Under the pieces are notes generated by a model that saw nothing but the letters and a program-made list of their open reading frames with translations, was not told the origin of the DNA and made no database searches. Position numbers and translations under genes: made by a program. A DNA stretch of 64,000 nucleotides, from contig CATNEN010000029.1 of NCBI GenBank assembly GCA_950097015.1, positions 8,308,001 to 8,372,000 of the forward strand. The letters are read 5' to 3'. Positions 48,776-63,400 of this stretch are shown here, piece after piece. The number at the start of each line of letters is the position of its first letter. The first letter of the stretch is position 1. Source of the DNA: Macrostomum hystrix. Its lineage: Eukaryota > Animalia > Platyhelminthes.

Positions 48776-49489
48776 TAGTTTTCATTATATATAATTTTGA
48801 GCAAGCGTTTTGAGTATCCCAAGAGATTGTCCGAATTAAAAAAATCAATAAAATGTAATTAAAATGGAAAACAGATTGACTGACTAATGAAAAATGCATC
48901 AGAATTAACCGGTATGTGCAAATTCTTTCATAAATAACGAATTATAGAACTCGCCCGTGTATATGAACAATAACGGCAATTAATAAACACAATTCCGTGA
49001 TAAACTCCAATGACTAATTTATTATTACTTAGACTCATGCTTGAGAATAGTTACATAAACATTGCAAAATAGAACACAAAATGACTACACTAATGACAGC
49101 AAACTAAATAAGATTATTCCATATTTAAACAAAATATGATTCTGACTATGAAATATATATTAACAGTACTAAAGGGTTGGAGTGTAGAGTAAAAACGTAA
49201 GGATGAAATATCAAATATTTAAGAAAGCTGCATGATTAAGCAAAACAAAATACTATTAACGTCACACATAGCGGACTAATATGGATATGATCAACGCATT
49301 ACACCAAACACTGCCGTTATGAAAGAGAATTAAAGCGATTAGACTATTAATCCGTTTAATTTAACAAATATCTATAAATTACTAAATGGGATTTTGATGC
49401 TCTGAATCGTGATAAGACAAATCGGGGACAAATAAATGTCAGTAAAAATTTAGAATAACAAACACTGAGTGTACTGATCTGTACTCATG

Positions 49490-49600
49490 CTCGGAGCGTG
49501 CTCGGATTTCTAACCGAGAGGTGGCGAGTTCGAATCTGAGTCCGTGGGAAACAACTTAAGCCCTGGGCAAGGCACCTAATTCCCTAGCGAGCACTCGAAA
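49490..49600 (+). mobile_element. Degenerate tRNA/CORE-like SINE fragment
   Basis: B box gagttcgaatc followed by gccctgggcaaggcacctaa. Confidence 0.5.
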
Positions 49601-50059
49601 CAAAACACCAACAACAAATATACTAATTATAGACTGATAGGCAATGTGCATGAAGCAGAAAAAACAAAAACCACTTAAAGAATTGCCATTTTGAGTGTAG
49701 CCAAAAGTCTACATGAATATGCATAGGTGAACTGCCAAAGGTATCACAAAGAACAGGTGCGAATTCGTAAGCATTGCTGTGGTCAGGTGGGCAGGTGGGC
49801 GAGGGTCGGCAAAGCGAAAGACGCGCGCAGTACAACAGCAATAAAAAGCAACAATTATAAAACAGTTTCGTCAGAGAACAAATACAGAGAAGGAAATTTT
49901 ATTAATATAAAAAATAACATATAAAAAGCATATACAAGCTTTGTATCTAGGCTAGAATAAAAACTAGAAAATGTGAAAAATCAATTCTTCCTTTTCTTCG
50001 ATTACAAAGCTCATTAATTTTTATTCACATGTTCAAGATTGACAGATAAATGGGATCGA

Positions 50060-51180
50060 AGAGACAGACGGGCATACAGACACTGAGGACAGACGGGCAG
50101 ACACTCAGGACAGACGGGCAGACACTCAGGACAGACGGGCAGACACTCAGAACAGACGGGCAGAAACTCAGGACAGACGGGCAGACACTCAGGACAGACG
50201 GGCAGACACTCAGGACAGACGGGCAGACACTCAGGACGGACAGGCAGAAACTCAGGACAGACGGGCAGACACTCAGGACAGACGGGCAGAAACTCAGGAC
50301 AGACGGGCAGACACTCAGAATAGACGGACAGACACTCAGGACAGACGGGCAGACACTCAGGACAGACGGGCAGATAGACATTCAGGACAGACAGGCAGAA
50401 ACTCAGGACAGACGGGCAGATAGACACTCAGGACAGACGGGCAGACACTCAGGACAGACGGGCAGACACTCAGGACAGACGGGCAGAAACTCAGGACAGA
50501 CGGGCAGAAACTCAGGACAGACGGGCAGATAAACACTCAGGACAGACGGGCAGATAGACATTCAGGACAGACAGGCAGAAACTCAGGACTGACGGGCAGA
50601 TAGACACTCAGGACAGACGGGCAGAAACTCAGGACAGACGGGCAGACACTCAGGACAGACGGGCAGAAACTCAGGACAGACGGGCAGAAACTCAGGACAG
50701 ACGGGCAGATAAACACTCAGGACAGACGGGCAGATAGACACTGAGGACAGACGGGCAGATAAACACTCAGGACAGACGGGCAGATAGACACTGAGGACAG
50801 ACAGGCAGATAAACACTCAGGACAGACGGGCAGATAGACACTGAGGACAGACAGGCAGATAAACACTCAGGACAGATGGGCAGATAGACACTCAGGACAG
50901 ACGGGCAGAAACTCAGGACAGACGGGCAGACACTCAGGACAGACGGGCAGAAACTCAGGACAGACGGGCAGAAACTCAGGACAGACGGGCAGATAAACAC
51001 TCAGGACAGATGGGCAGATAGACACTGAGGACAGACGGGCAGAAACTCAGGACAGATGGGCAGATAAACAATGAGGACAGACGGGCAGACAGGCAGACAG
51101 GCAGATAGGCAGGCAGGCAGGCAGACAGGCAGGCAGGCAGGCAGACAGGCAGACAGGCAGACAGACAGGCAAACAGACAA
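50060..51180. repeat. 21/25-bp minisatellite (actcaggacagacgggcagaM)n grading into (cagR)n
   Basis: Directly visible. Confidence 0.93.
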
Positions 51181-51487
51181 AGAGACAGATTAATTAAAAA
51201 CAATATGACTAACAACGAAGCAAATAGTGTAGCGACTATGCTGTGTCTCCGGAAAAAGGATACCAATTTCACTGTTGATGAAGGAACAGAAAAATAAGAA
51301 ACAATTTAAAAAACCAAATCGTCAGGTAATCGTCAAAGTCATAGAAAATCACGGTCGATACAGTGCTTTGATGTCGCGGCCTTCGATAAAGCGAAGAAAA
51401 AAAAATTGTTCGATTGTTAAAACTTGCAGGTATCTATTAGTACACTTATAAACTTTTTAAGTACGCCGCGTCAGATAATAGATCAGC

Positions 51488-54400
51488 TCAGCCTGATCCG
51501 TGATGACGATGGACCAAAGGATAACAAACTTCGGCAGTTGGCTGCTGCTGCGGCTGCTGCTGCTGCTGCTGACCAATCATCGGGCCGTCGTCCGACGAAG
51601 AAGCCGAACCGCGGCGACGCGATAGGAAGGCGAATGAGCCGCAGTCTGAGCGGTGATATTGCACATCCGGCGGCTCGACTGTCACCTGAGAGTGCGGGTG
51701 CAGGCTCGAGAGCTAAGTCTGTGACAAGGGAAAACGAATGAGTTTAACTCTATCTAAAAATAGAACTATGGCTAGACAGTATACTAATAATAATAATTGA
51801 CACTAGACCCAAGGGCCAGTGCAGGTGTTGTGTCAGGCACACTAGCAGGTGGGGACTGCACACCTATTGTACTCCCCGGCTCTCTCGGACACCGGTTGAC
51901 AGCCGCGTGTCAGCAATGGAATTTATTTTTCCAAACATATCGGCAGAATCCAAACCCCACAGAATTGCCGCACAGAACTGCTTTATTCCACTCCAGCCGG
52001 AATTATTATTACCCAAAGAAATGTCGGTACTCATTTGCAGCTGAGTAGACTGTGTGCACATCAGGGCAAAGCAGCTTGCCAAAGGCTGCACGAATAGTTC
52101 TAGACTAGGTCGGGAGTCGAACCCAGGACCATCTGATCAAGAATCTTATCTCACTTTTTGAATGCACCTCGTAGAACAAGTGCCCAATCAATAAGCACTA
52201 TTTTCCTTGGCTACGGGGTTGATTTATATCCTCGCGGTTGCGTGACAATTACTATGGGTTTGCAAGTCGCGTGCTGCGAAAGATAGTAGGACGCGAGTCA
52301 GTGGGATGGGTGCAGCAGATTTGCTTTTTTATCTGCAGATGTTCCCCCTATTTTAGTATTGCTTTCGTCATATATTTCGGCTGGGAATTAGATGAGTTTT
52401 TTAGTCTGTCTGAAGGCTTTTTTTAGTTTGCCAGCGGCAATATGCTATTACCTCACTAGTGTATTCCAAGCCTCAAACACGCCATGCTCTTCTGAGCTGG
52501 TTATTTTTCGTATTAGCATCATCATCTCATCCTTTGCCAACTCATCTTTCCCGTCCTCTCACTGATCTCTCCCCCACTCTCCCCTATCCTTCCCGTTCTC
52601 TACCGCATATTTCCCACTATCTTCCCTTTCTTTCCCATCCTCTTCCCTATCTTTTTTATCCTCTTCCCTATCTTTCCCACCCTCTTCCCTATCTTTCCCA
52701 CCCTCTCCGATTTCTTTCCCACCCTCCCCATGTCATTTTCAGCCCTTCCTTAGTGGCTGTTACATTTAATGGCAGTGTCATTATCATCAAGAGCATTCAC
52801 TGGGACGCTAATGTGCTCTGTAATTATCAGGCTGAGACTGCTCAAACTCGCAAGCTTCCCTAGCCTAATCAATCCCCCCGTCAACCGAGTCTGCTGAGCA
52901 GGCATGCGTCATTACAGAGCCCTCAATTCTTACACCTCCCGGCTTCCTCTAATTGAGGGTAATAAGAGTGCACAGCCGTGCGTCGACTATGTATAGTATT
53001 CAGATGTATATGCAGTTTTAGTATTGCAATTGCGCGAATCCCACAGACTCAGCCTAAACCAGCGTTAAGCCTGGACCTGCTCGTGAGTCTACCTCGGGGG
53101 TGTTGGTGGGTAGAGAGCTGAGTGAGTAGAGAAGAGAGACAGACATGCTAGTGAATATCACGGCAGTCACAAGCCTGTGATCTGCTCGCTTTCAAAGTTT
53201 CCGTCCCATTCCCGTACACACACACACACACACACACACACTTACAATCACAAAAACTACCATTGTTGTAAAACAGAAATGCGTTTTTTTCTCCTGAACA
53301 ATTTCCACCGAACTAAATCCGGGACGCTATATAGATATTCCATTTGAGGCAAAAAATCAATGCCTTGCAGTCAAAGCCGCTTCCTATCCTCTCCTTGCTT
53401 TGTCACTTTCTCTCTCTCTCCACCTCCCTTTCTTTACTAATTTCATTCTGTCTCCATGTCTGTCTGTCTCCATGTCTGTCTGTCTCCATATCTGTCTGTC
53501 TCCATATCTGTCTGTCTCCATGTCTGTCTGTCTCCATATCTGTCTGTCTCCATGTCTGTCTGTCTCCATGTCTGTCTGTCTCCATGTCTGTCTGTCTCCA
53601 TATCTGTCTGTCTCCATGTCTGTCTGTCTCCATGTCTGTCTGTCTCCATGTCTATCTGTCTCCATATCTGTCTGTCTCCATATCTGTCTGTCTCCATGTC
53701 TGTCTGTCTCCATGTCTGTCTGTCTCCATGTCTGTCTGTCTCCATGTCTGTCTGTTTCCATCTGTCTGTTTCCATGTCTGTCTGTTTCCATGTCTGTCTG
53801 TCTCCATGTCTGTCTGTCTCCATGTCTGTCTGTCTCCATGTCTATCTGTCTCCATATCTGTCTGTCTCCATATCTGTCTGTCTCCATGTCTGTCTGTCTC
53901 CATGTCTGTCTGTCTCCATGTCTGTCTGTTTCCATCTGTCTGTTTCCATGTCTGTCTGTTTCCATGTCTGTCTGTCTCCATGTCTGTCTGTCTCCATGTC
54001 TGTCTGTCTCCATGTCTGTCTGTCTCCATGTCTGTCTGTTTCCATCTGTCTGTTTCCATGTCTGTCTGTTTCCATGTCTGTCTGTCTCCATGTCTGTCTG
54101 TCTCCATGTCTGTCTGTCTCCATGTCTATCTGTCTCCATATCTGTCTGTCTCCATATCTGTCTGTCTCCATGTCTGTCTGTCTCCATGTCTGTCTGTCTC
54201 CATGTCTGTCTGTTTCCATCTGTCTGTTTCCATGTCTGTCTGTTTCCATGTCTGTCTGTCTCCATGTCTGTCTGTCTCCATGTCTGTCTGTCTCCATATC
54301 TGTCTGTCTCCATGTCTGTCTGTCTCCATATCTGTCTGTCTCCATCTGTCTGTCTCCATATCTGTCTGTCTCCATGTCTGTCTGTTTCCATGTCTGTCTG

Positions 54401-57400
54401 TCTCCATATCTGTCTGTCTCCATATCTGTCTGTTTCCATCTCCCTCTCAATCCCAATCTCCCTCTCAGTCTCCATCTCCCTCTCAATCCCAATCTCCCTC
54501 TCAGTCTCCATCTCCCTCTCAGTCCCTATCTCCCTCTCAGTCTCCATCATCCTCTCAGTCTCCATCTCCCTCTCAGTCTCCTTCTCCCTCTCAGTCTCCA
54601 TCTCCCTCTCAATCCCAATCTCCCTCTCAGTCTCCATCTCCTTCTCAGTCTCCATCTCCCTCTCAGTCTCCATCTTCCTCTCAGTCTCCATCTTCCTCTC
54701 TCCTCTCTTAATATGAGTGAGTAATCCTATATGTCCTCGTATGTCCCCGCCTCGCTCTTCTGATACTGGTTTCTGTAAATAACAGAAATTCCATCCAAAG
54801 TCTTATCTCCAAACTCTAGCGTTTGGAGGGCCCCGTAAATTAACTTAATAACGTCAGCAACACGCTTTTTAATTCGTCTGACCAATCGTGATGTGAATTA
54901 ATTGAATTTTAATTAAAAAAATTCTTTATAGTCCCGCGAGGAGTTTTTGAGCAGATCGCTGCTTCCACATAATTTTTTCCTACCCCTTTCGCCACAATCC
55001 AAATCCAGCATTTAAATTGCGTGAGAATACGGTGGCTGTAAAAAACGTTCCTTGCTGCACTCACGCATAGCACAAATGGAGTACTTAAAACTATGCACTA
55101 AAATCCTTGCTTTAAAATAAAATTTACAGGAATAATTCCAGATGATACTTAAAACAATATGTGGTATTCATTTCGAAAATTTGATTCCTTAAATACTTGT
55201 ACATTTCAGATTTCTTATTTCACTGCTATTTAAAATTAGAGAATATAATAGTTATAAAATCGGCTATTACACCAAGAAATTTTCGATACATATCGGAAAG
55301 TTTTTAATCGTGTTTTAAACGGCACTTTTCGATGCGCATTAGCCGCAATGTAGCAAGAGTTTTTTATAAAATCATTTCTATGCATAAATCGACTGTTGGA
55401 GGATTGAAAATAAATTTTTTCGATTAATTGAAATTTACTTTTTTATGTGAGCATTTATCCGAATTCGGAATTCGGAACTTATCCGAAGCATAAATGAAAT
55501 AATTCAAATTGCTACTTTAAACTTTTGATACAAAATTTCTTATATCCATAAAGATTTTGATTACAAAATTCGCAGTGCATCGAAAACTGTAATAAGTCTA
55601 GAACAATATCCGATATGTAGCGAAAATTTTTTAATGGTTTCAATATGTTTTTCCGATGTTCTAAAAAGTATTAATCGCTATTCAGTACCTTTTCCGGAAA
55701 GTTTTCGATGCACTGCGAACTTTATAATCAAAATCTTTATTTTAACTTCTGATGGATATAGGAAATTTTGGATGAAACTATAATTGACACTTTTCGATAC
55801 ATATCGGAAAAATCTTTTTAGATCCGTCTATAAAAATTTTCAATACATATCGATGCAGATACATACCTGTACGCCGCCTTCGCCCGAGTGGCTATTAGAG
55901 GAGGACGAGGCCTCCATGGACAGCCGGCCGCAGGCGCAGCCGCTGCCGCAGCCACCGGTGGAATATTCGGCACTGATCAGGTGCAAAGTCGGGAGCAACT
56001 GTACGGCGCTGCCAGAGGCATTTACGGAGACTGCGGCTGAGCTAGTGACGGAGAGGCTGACAGCCGCCACGTGATTGCCGGCGGCGGAGGCCAAGGAGGA
56101 AGCGGCGGCGGATGCGGCAGGGGCTACGGCCGCGGCGGCGGCGGCGTGCGAGTTCTCCGCCGACAGGTGGGCGTCCAACAGTGAGGCCTGCGAGCCGCGA
56201 TGAATGTGCAGGCCGCAGGCCTTCAAAATGTCCAGCTTGCACAGCGGGCAGGAGCGCTGATCCAGCAGCCAGGGATCGATGCAGGACTTGTGGTAGAAAT
56301 GCCTTGATAGTGAGGTTAGCAGTCTGTTGTGAAACTGAGGAAGTAAACCCTTAGGTATCTCAACCTTCAACCTTCCGAAATCTCACCCTTCCGAAATCTT
56401 ACCCTTCCGAATCCTCACCCTTCCGAAATCTCACCTTTCCGAATCCTCATCCTTCCGAACTCTCACCCTTCCGAAATCTCACTCTTCCGAAATCTCACCC
56501 TTCCGAAATCTCACCCTTCTGAAACCTCGGCCATCCGAAATCTCAGCCATCAGAAATCTCAGCCATCAGAAATCTCATCCATCAGAAATCTCAGCCATCA
56601 GAAATCTCAGCCATCAGAAATCTCAGCCATCAGAAATCTCATCCATCAGAAATCTCAGCCATCCGAAATCTCAGCCATCAGAAATCTCATCCATCAGAAA
56701 TCTCATCCATCAGAAATCTCAGCCATCAGACATCTCAGCCATCAGAAATCTCATCCATCCGAAATCTCAGCCATCCGAAATCTCAGCCATCCGAAATCTC
56801 AGCCATCCGAAATCTCAGCCATCAGAAATCTCATCCATCAGAAATCTCAGCCATCAGAAATCTCAGCCATCAGAAATCTCAGCCATCCGAAATCTCAGCC
56901 ATCAGAAATCTCATCCATCAGAAATCTCAGCCATCAGAAATCTCAGCCATCAGAAATCTCAGCCATCAGAAATCTCATCCATCAGAAATCTCAGCCATCC
57001 GAAATCTCAGCCATCAGAAATCTCATCCATCAGAAATCTCAGCCATCAGAAATCTCATCCATCAGAAATCTCAGCCATCCGAAATCTCAGCCCTCAGAAA
57101 TCTCAGCCATGAGAAATCTCAGCCATGAGAAATCTCAGCCATCAGAAATCTCATCCATCAGAAATCTCATCCACCAGAAATCTCAGCCATCAGAAATCTC
57201 AGCCATCAGAAATCTCATCCATCCGAAATCTCAGCCATCCGAAATCTCAGCCATCCGAAATCTCAGCCATCCGAAATCTCAGCCATCAGAAATCTCATCC
57301 ATCAGAAATCTCAGCCATCAGAAATCTCAGCCATCCGAAATCTCAGCCATCAGAAATCTCAGCCATCAGAAATCTCATCCATCAGAAATCTCATCCATCA

Positions 57401-60400
57401 GAAATCTCAGCCATCCGAAATCTCAGCCATCAGAAATCTCATCCATCAGAAATCTCAGCCATCAGAAATCTCATCCATCAGAAATCTCAGCCATCCGAAA
57501 TCTCAGCCCTCAGAAATCTCAGCCATGAGAAATCTCAGCCATGAGAAATCTCAGCCATCAGAAATCTCATCCATCAGAAATCTCATCCACCAGAAATCTC
57601 AGCCATCAGAAATCTCAGCCATCAGAAATCTCATCCATCAGAAATCTCATCCATCAGAAATCTCAGCCATCAGAAATCTCATCCATCAGAAATCTCAGCC
57701 ATCAGAAATCTCAGCCATCAGAAATCTCAGCCATCAGAAATCTCAGCCATCCGAAATCTCAGCCATCAGAAATCTCATCCATCAGAAATCTCAGCCATCA
57801 GAAATCTCAGCCATCAGAAATCTCAGCCATCAGAAATCTCAGCCATGAGAAATCTCAGCCATCAGAAATCTCAGCCATCAGAAATCTCAGCCATCCGAAA
57901 TCTCAGCCCTCAGAAATCTCAGCCATGAGAAATCTCAGCCATGAGAAATCTCAGCCATCAGAAATCTCATCCATCAGAAATCTCATCCACCAGAAATCTC
58001 AGCCATCAGAAATCTCAGCCATCAGAAATCTCATCCATCAGAAATCTCATCCATCAGAAATCTCAGCCATCAGAAATCTCATCCATCAGAAATCTCAGCC
58101 ATCAGAAATCTCAGCCATCAGAAATCTCAGCCATCCGAAATCTCAGCCATCAGAAATCTCATCCATCAGAAATCTCAGCCATCAGAAATCTCAGCCATCA
58201 GAAATCTCAGCCATCAGAAATCTCATCCATCAGAAATCTCAGCCATCAGAAATCTCAGCCATCAGAAATCTCAGCCATCAGAAATCTCATCCATCCGAAA
58301 TCTCAGCCATCCGAAATCTCAGCCATCAGAAATCTCAGCCATTAGAAATCTCATCCATCAGAAATCTCAGCCATCAGAAATCTCATCCATCAGAAATCTC
58401 AGCCATCAGAAATCTCAGCCATCAGAAATCTCAGCCATCAGAAATCTCAGCCATCCGAAATCTCAGCCATCAGAAATCTCATCCATCAGAAATCTCAGCC
58501 ATCAGAAATCTCAGCCATCAGAAATCTCAGCCATCAGAAATCTCATCCATCAGAAATCTCAGCCATCCGAAATCTCAGCCATCAGAAATCTCATCCATCA
58601 GAAATCTCAGCCATCAGAAATCTCATCCATCAGAAATCTCAGCCATCTTAAATCTCAGCCCTCAGAAATCTCAGCCATGAGAAATCTCATCCATCAGAAA
58701 TCTCATCCACCAGAAATCTCAGCCATCAGAAATCTCAGCCATCAGAAATCTCATCCATCCGAAATCTCAGCCATCCGAAATCTCAGCCATCCGAAATCTC
58801 AGCCATCCGAAATCTCAGCCATCAGAAATCTCATCCATCAGAAATCTCAGCCATCAGAAATCTCAGCCATCAGAAATCTCAGCCATCAGAAATCTCAGCC
58901 ATCCGAAATCTCAGCCATGAGAAATCTCAGCCATCAGAAATCTCATCCATCAGAAATCTCATCCACCAGAAATCTCAGCCATCAGAAATCTCAGCCATCA
59001 GAAATCTCATCCATCCGAAATCTCAGCCATCCGAAATCTCAGCCATCAGAAATCTCAGCCATCCGAAATCTCAGCCATCAGAAATCTCATCCATCAGAAA
59101 TCTCAGCCATCAGAAATCTCAGCCATCAGAAATCTCAGCCATCAGAAATCTCAGCCATCCGAAATCTCAGCCATCAGAAATCTCAGCCATCAGAAATCTC
59201 ATCCATCAGAAATCTCATCCATCAGAAATCTCAGCCATCCGAAATCTCAGCCATCAGAAATCTCATCCATCAGAAATCTCAGCCATCAGAAATCTCATCC
59301 ATCAGAAATCTCAGCCATCCGAAATCTCAGCCCTCAGAAATCTCAGCCATGAGAAATCTCAGCCATGAGAAATCTCAGCCATCAGAAATCTCATCCATCA
59401 GAAATCTCATCCACCAGAAATCTCAGCCATCAGAAATCTCAGCCATCAGAAATCTCATCCATCAGAAATCTCATCCATCAGAAATCTCAGCCATCAGAAA
59501 TCTCAGCCATCAGAAATCTCATCCATCAGAAATCCCAGCCATCAGAAATCTCAGCCATCAGAAATCTCATCCATCCGAAATCTCAGCCATCCGAAATCTC
59601 AGCCATCCGAAATCTCAGCCATCAGAAATCTCAGCCATCAGAAATCTCAGCCATCAGAAATCTCAGCCATCAGAAATCTCAGCCATCAGAAATCTCAGCC
59701 ATCAGATATCTCAGCCATCAGAATCGCACTCACCTGCAGGGCAGAATGCGCACAGACTCTCCGCATCTGTAAGGCTCGATGCAAACAGCGCACTGGTCGC
59801 CAATCCAGTGGAAGTCCTGCCGATTTTGACAGTTTTGCCAAGACCATGTTATTAGAGTTGCTAAGAGTACAAGCATTCATTATCAAGCAACGTTTTTTTC
59901 TGTTTTGAAATTTTGCTCGCTCGCTCCCTGTGAAGGTTTGGGATAATAGTGAGGATCTGGGATGATTGTGAGGATCTGGGATGATGGTGAATATCTTGGA
60001 CGACGGTCAGGATCTGGGATGATTGTGAGGATCTGGGATGATTGTGAGGATCTGGGATGATTGTGAGGATCTGGGATGATTGTGAGGATCTGGGATGATT
60101 GTGAGGATCTGGGATGATTGTGAGGATCTGGGATGATTGTGAGGATCTGGGATGATTGTGAGGATCTGGGATGATTGCGAGGATCTGGGATGATTGTGAG
60201 GATCTGGGATGATTGTGAGGATCTGGGATGATTATGAGACTGTTATCTGCAAGGTTCAATTGAGGGTTTTTGACTGGATGGGTCCTGTTATTCATCAATG
60301 CTGTCATTCTCTTGATTAGTAAAGTCATGTTAAGCAAAAGGTTTTTAATTGTCTTTTTTCAGTGGTCTTTTCACCGCTTGAGCTACCTGGCAGTGCTGCT

Positions 60401-63400
60401 AAAGTCGCTTTAACTAGCAAAACGGCAATCTCTTAAAAGCAACGTGATGATATTTTACGTCAATGCATTATCTTAATTAATTTGATTTCTGAAGCCCGTA
60501 AGGCATCCTGGACTGTCTACAAACTAGATTTTTAATATCGCTAATTGAAGAAAGAAAAGTACACCTTTATCAAGTTATGTTTCGCCTTAAAAAAGTTATT
60601 TCTCAGTCTTATGTTCGCGAGCTATGCTAATAGAAATTGATGTTTAACAATTCTGAAAGGATGTCCTCAAAGTCTGAGGATCTGGAAGGATATCTTGACA
60701 GTCTGAGGATCTGGAAGGATATCTTGACAGTCTGAGAATCTGGAAGGATATCCTGACAGTCTGAGAATCTGGAAGGATGTCCTGACAGTCTGAGAATCTG
60801 GAAGTATGTCCTGACAGTCTGAGAATCTGGAAGTATGTCCTGACAGTCTGAGGATCTGGAAGGATGTCCTGACAGTCTGAGAATCTGGAAGGATGTCCTG
60901 ACAGTCTGAGAATCTGGAAGGATGTCCTGACAGTCTGAGGATCTGGAAGGATGTTTTGACAGTCTGAGAATCTGGAAGGATGTCCTGACAGTCTGAGAAT
61001 CTGGAAGGATATCCTGACAGTCTGAGGATCTGGAAGTATGTCCTGACAGTCTGAGGATCTGGAAGGATGTCCTGACAGTCTGAGGATCTGGAAGGATATC
61101 CTGACAGTCTGAGAATCTGGAAGGATGTCCTGACAGTCTGAGAATCTGGAAGGATGTCCTGACAGTCTGAGGATCTGGAAGGATGTCCTGACAGTCTGAG
61201 GATCTGGAAGGATGTTTTGACAGTCTGTGAATCTGGAAGGATGTCCTGACAGTCTGAGAATCTGGAAGGATATCCTGACAGTCTGAGGATCTGGAAGGAT
61301 GTCCTGACAGTCTGAGGATCTGGAAGGATGTCCTGACAGTCTGAGGATCTGGAAGGATATCCTGACAGTCTGAGAATCTGGAAGGATGTCCTTACAGTCT
61401 GAGAATCTGGAAGGATGTCCTGACAGTCTGAGGATCTGGAAGGATGTTTTGACAGTCTGAGAATCTGGAAGGATGTCCTGACAGTCTGAGAATCTGGAAG
61501 GATATCCTGACAGTCTGAGAATCTGGAAGGATGTCCTGACAGTCTGAGAATCTGGAAGGATGTCCTGACAGTCTGAGAATCTGGAAGAATGTCCTCAAAG
61601 TCTGAGGATCTGGAAGGATGTCCTGACAGTCTGAGAATCTGGAAGGATGTCCTGACAGTCTGAGAATCTGGAAGTATGTCCTGACAGTCTGAGAATCTGG
61701 AAGTATGTCCTGACAGTCTGAGAATCTGGAAGGATGTCCTGACAGTCTGAGAATCTGGAAGGATGTCCTGACAGTCTGAGGATCTGGAAGAATGTCCTCA
61801 CAGCCTGAGGATCTGGAAGGATGTCCTCACAGTTTGAGGATCTGGACAAGTGTCCTGACAGTCTGAGGAACTGGAAGGATGTCCTGACAGCCTGAGGATC
61901 TGGACAAGTGTCCTGACAGTCTGAGGATCTGGAAGAATGTCCTGACAGCCTGAGGATCTGGACAAGTGTCCTGACAGTCTGAGGATCTGGAAGGATGTCC
62001 TGACAGCCTGAGGATCTGGACAAGTGTCCTGACAGTCTGAGGATCTGGAAGGATGTCCTGACAGCCTGAGGATCTGGAAGGATGTCCTGACAGCCTGAGG
62101 ATCTGGAAGGATGTGTTCGCAGCCTGAGGATCTGGACAAGTGTCTTGACAGTCTGAGTCTATAACAATAAGTTTGAAAAGACTTCAGCCACCTGGCTATC
62201 AGTAATTACACTGCTCAAAATCCGAACAAAACCCTCGCTGCAGTCCCGCAAGGTAGGCAGATGCAGTCGTGCTCTGTCGTGCTTAATTAGGCATCGAGAT
62301 CCTTACCTTGAAGAGGCTGGGATTAAAGAAAAATATGAGAAAAATGGGTGAGAAGAAGATGAGCAGAGCCCCAGACAGATCAGACAACGACAAAACGTGA
62401 AAGAGGGATAGAAAGACGGGGGAGCATTCACCTGGGAGGGCAGAAGCAGCAGGAAGGGAAAAACCGGCGGCGATGTGCGGCTTCTCATTCCAGACTGGCT
62501 CAGTTTAGGTGGGTGGAGGGGTGCAGTCTCGGGACAGACTCGCGCTGCACTCTCATCTCATCTGGGCTGAGCTGAATCTGCCACACAGTTTCTCGTGTCG
62601 CGTCGGCTGCAAAATCTATATTAAAAAAAATCACGGCTTAGCTACTGCGTGGCAACGGGGATCGGAGCTACGCGCGGGCGATGAGAAAGGCGAGAGCAGG
62701 GAGGCAAGGACCGCGCCCTATTAATTAGAAAAATCAACTGACAGCCAGGTTGAGGCTAAAGAATTGAAAATGGTTTTGTTTTTGCGAATCTAAATAAAAA
62801 CAGCATCAAAAATTTAAATTGGATTCGCAATTCTCACCTTGTCGCCAGTTTTTAACACCTTAACTGGAATCTTTGTTAGGGCCTTCTTCGCCGCGGTGCC
62901 AAGTCGACGCTGAAAGTACAGGCGGATAATAAGGGATGCGCTTTTATAGATTACTTGTAAAACAATAGAATGCTTTAAAAACAATGTAAGTTCAGACAGC
63001 TTGATCCATTTTGTTAAGTCATATCGATGAAAATATTTGTCCAGTTGAATTTGATAGAATACAGACAGGAACTGAGCATAAACACACAACACCCGAGATG
63101 AGGGTAGAGAACACTGCGTCGGCTTAGATAGGAAGACGGAAAACAAGGATGCAAGGATGCGTCGGAAAAATACTCCCCAAAGTTTATCCAAAGTTCATCC
63201 AACAGTTTCCCATATGGGACAACATCCACGAGATCAGGGGCCCACGTGATTTAAAATCAAAGTCATCATGTCCCAGATGTCAAAATCATACAAAAGTTTC
63301 TCAATTGCTTCGAATTAGAGATTAAACATACCATTAATGCACCCCTCCCCAAATCCCCCATTGATGTCCATTTGTCAAAGTGCGATTACAGTACAACACA

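Noticed and set aside
53344-59855. Many periodic ORFs ([20 protein letters not shown], etc.)
   Set aside because: Intronic 16/18-bp repeats of the RING gene.
20950-62155. CRISPR-like arrays
   Set aside because: No unique spacers between repeats, no cas genes, eukaryotic context.
62303-62724. Short ORFs or alternative exon in the RING gene intron
   Set aside because: No similarity to the family, and the flanking exons already join in phase.
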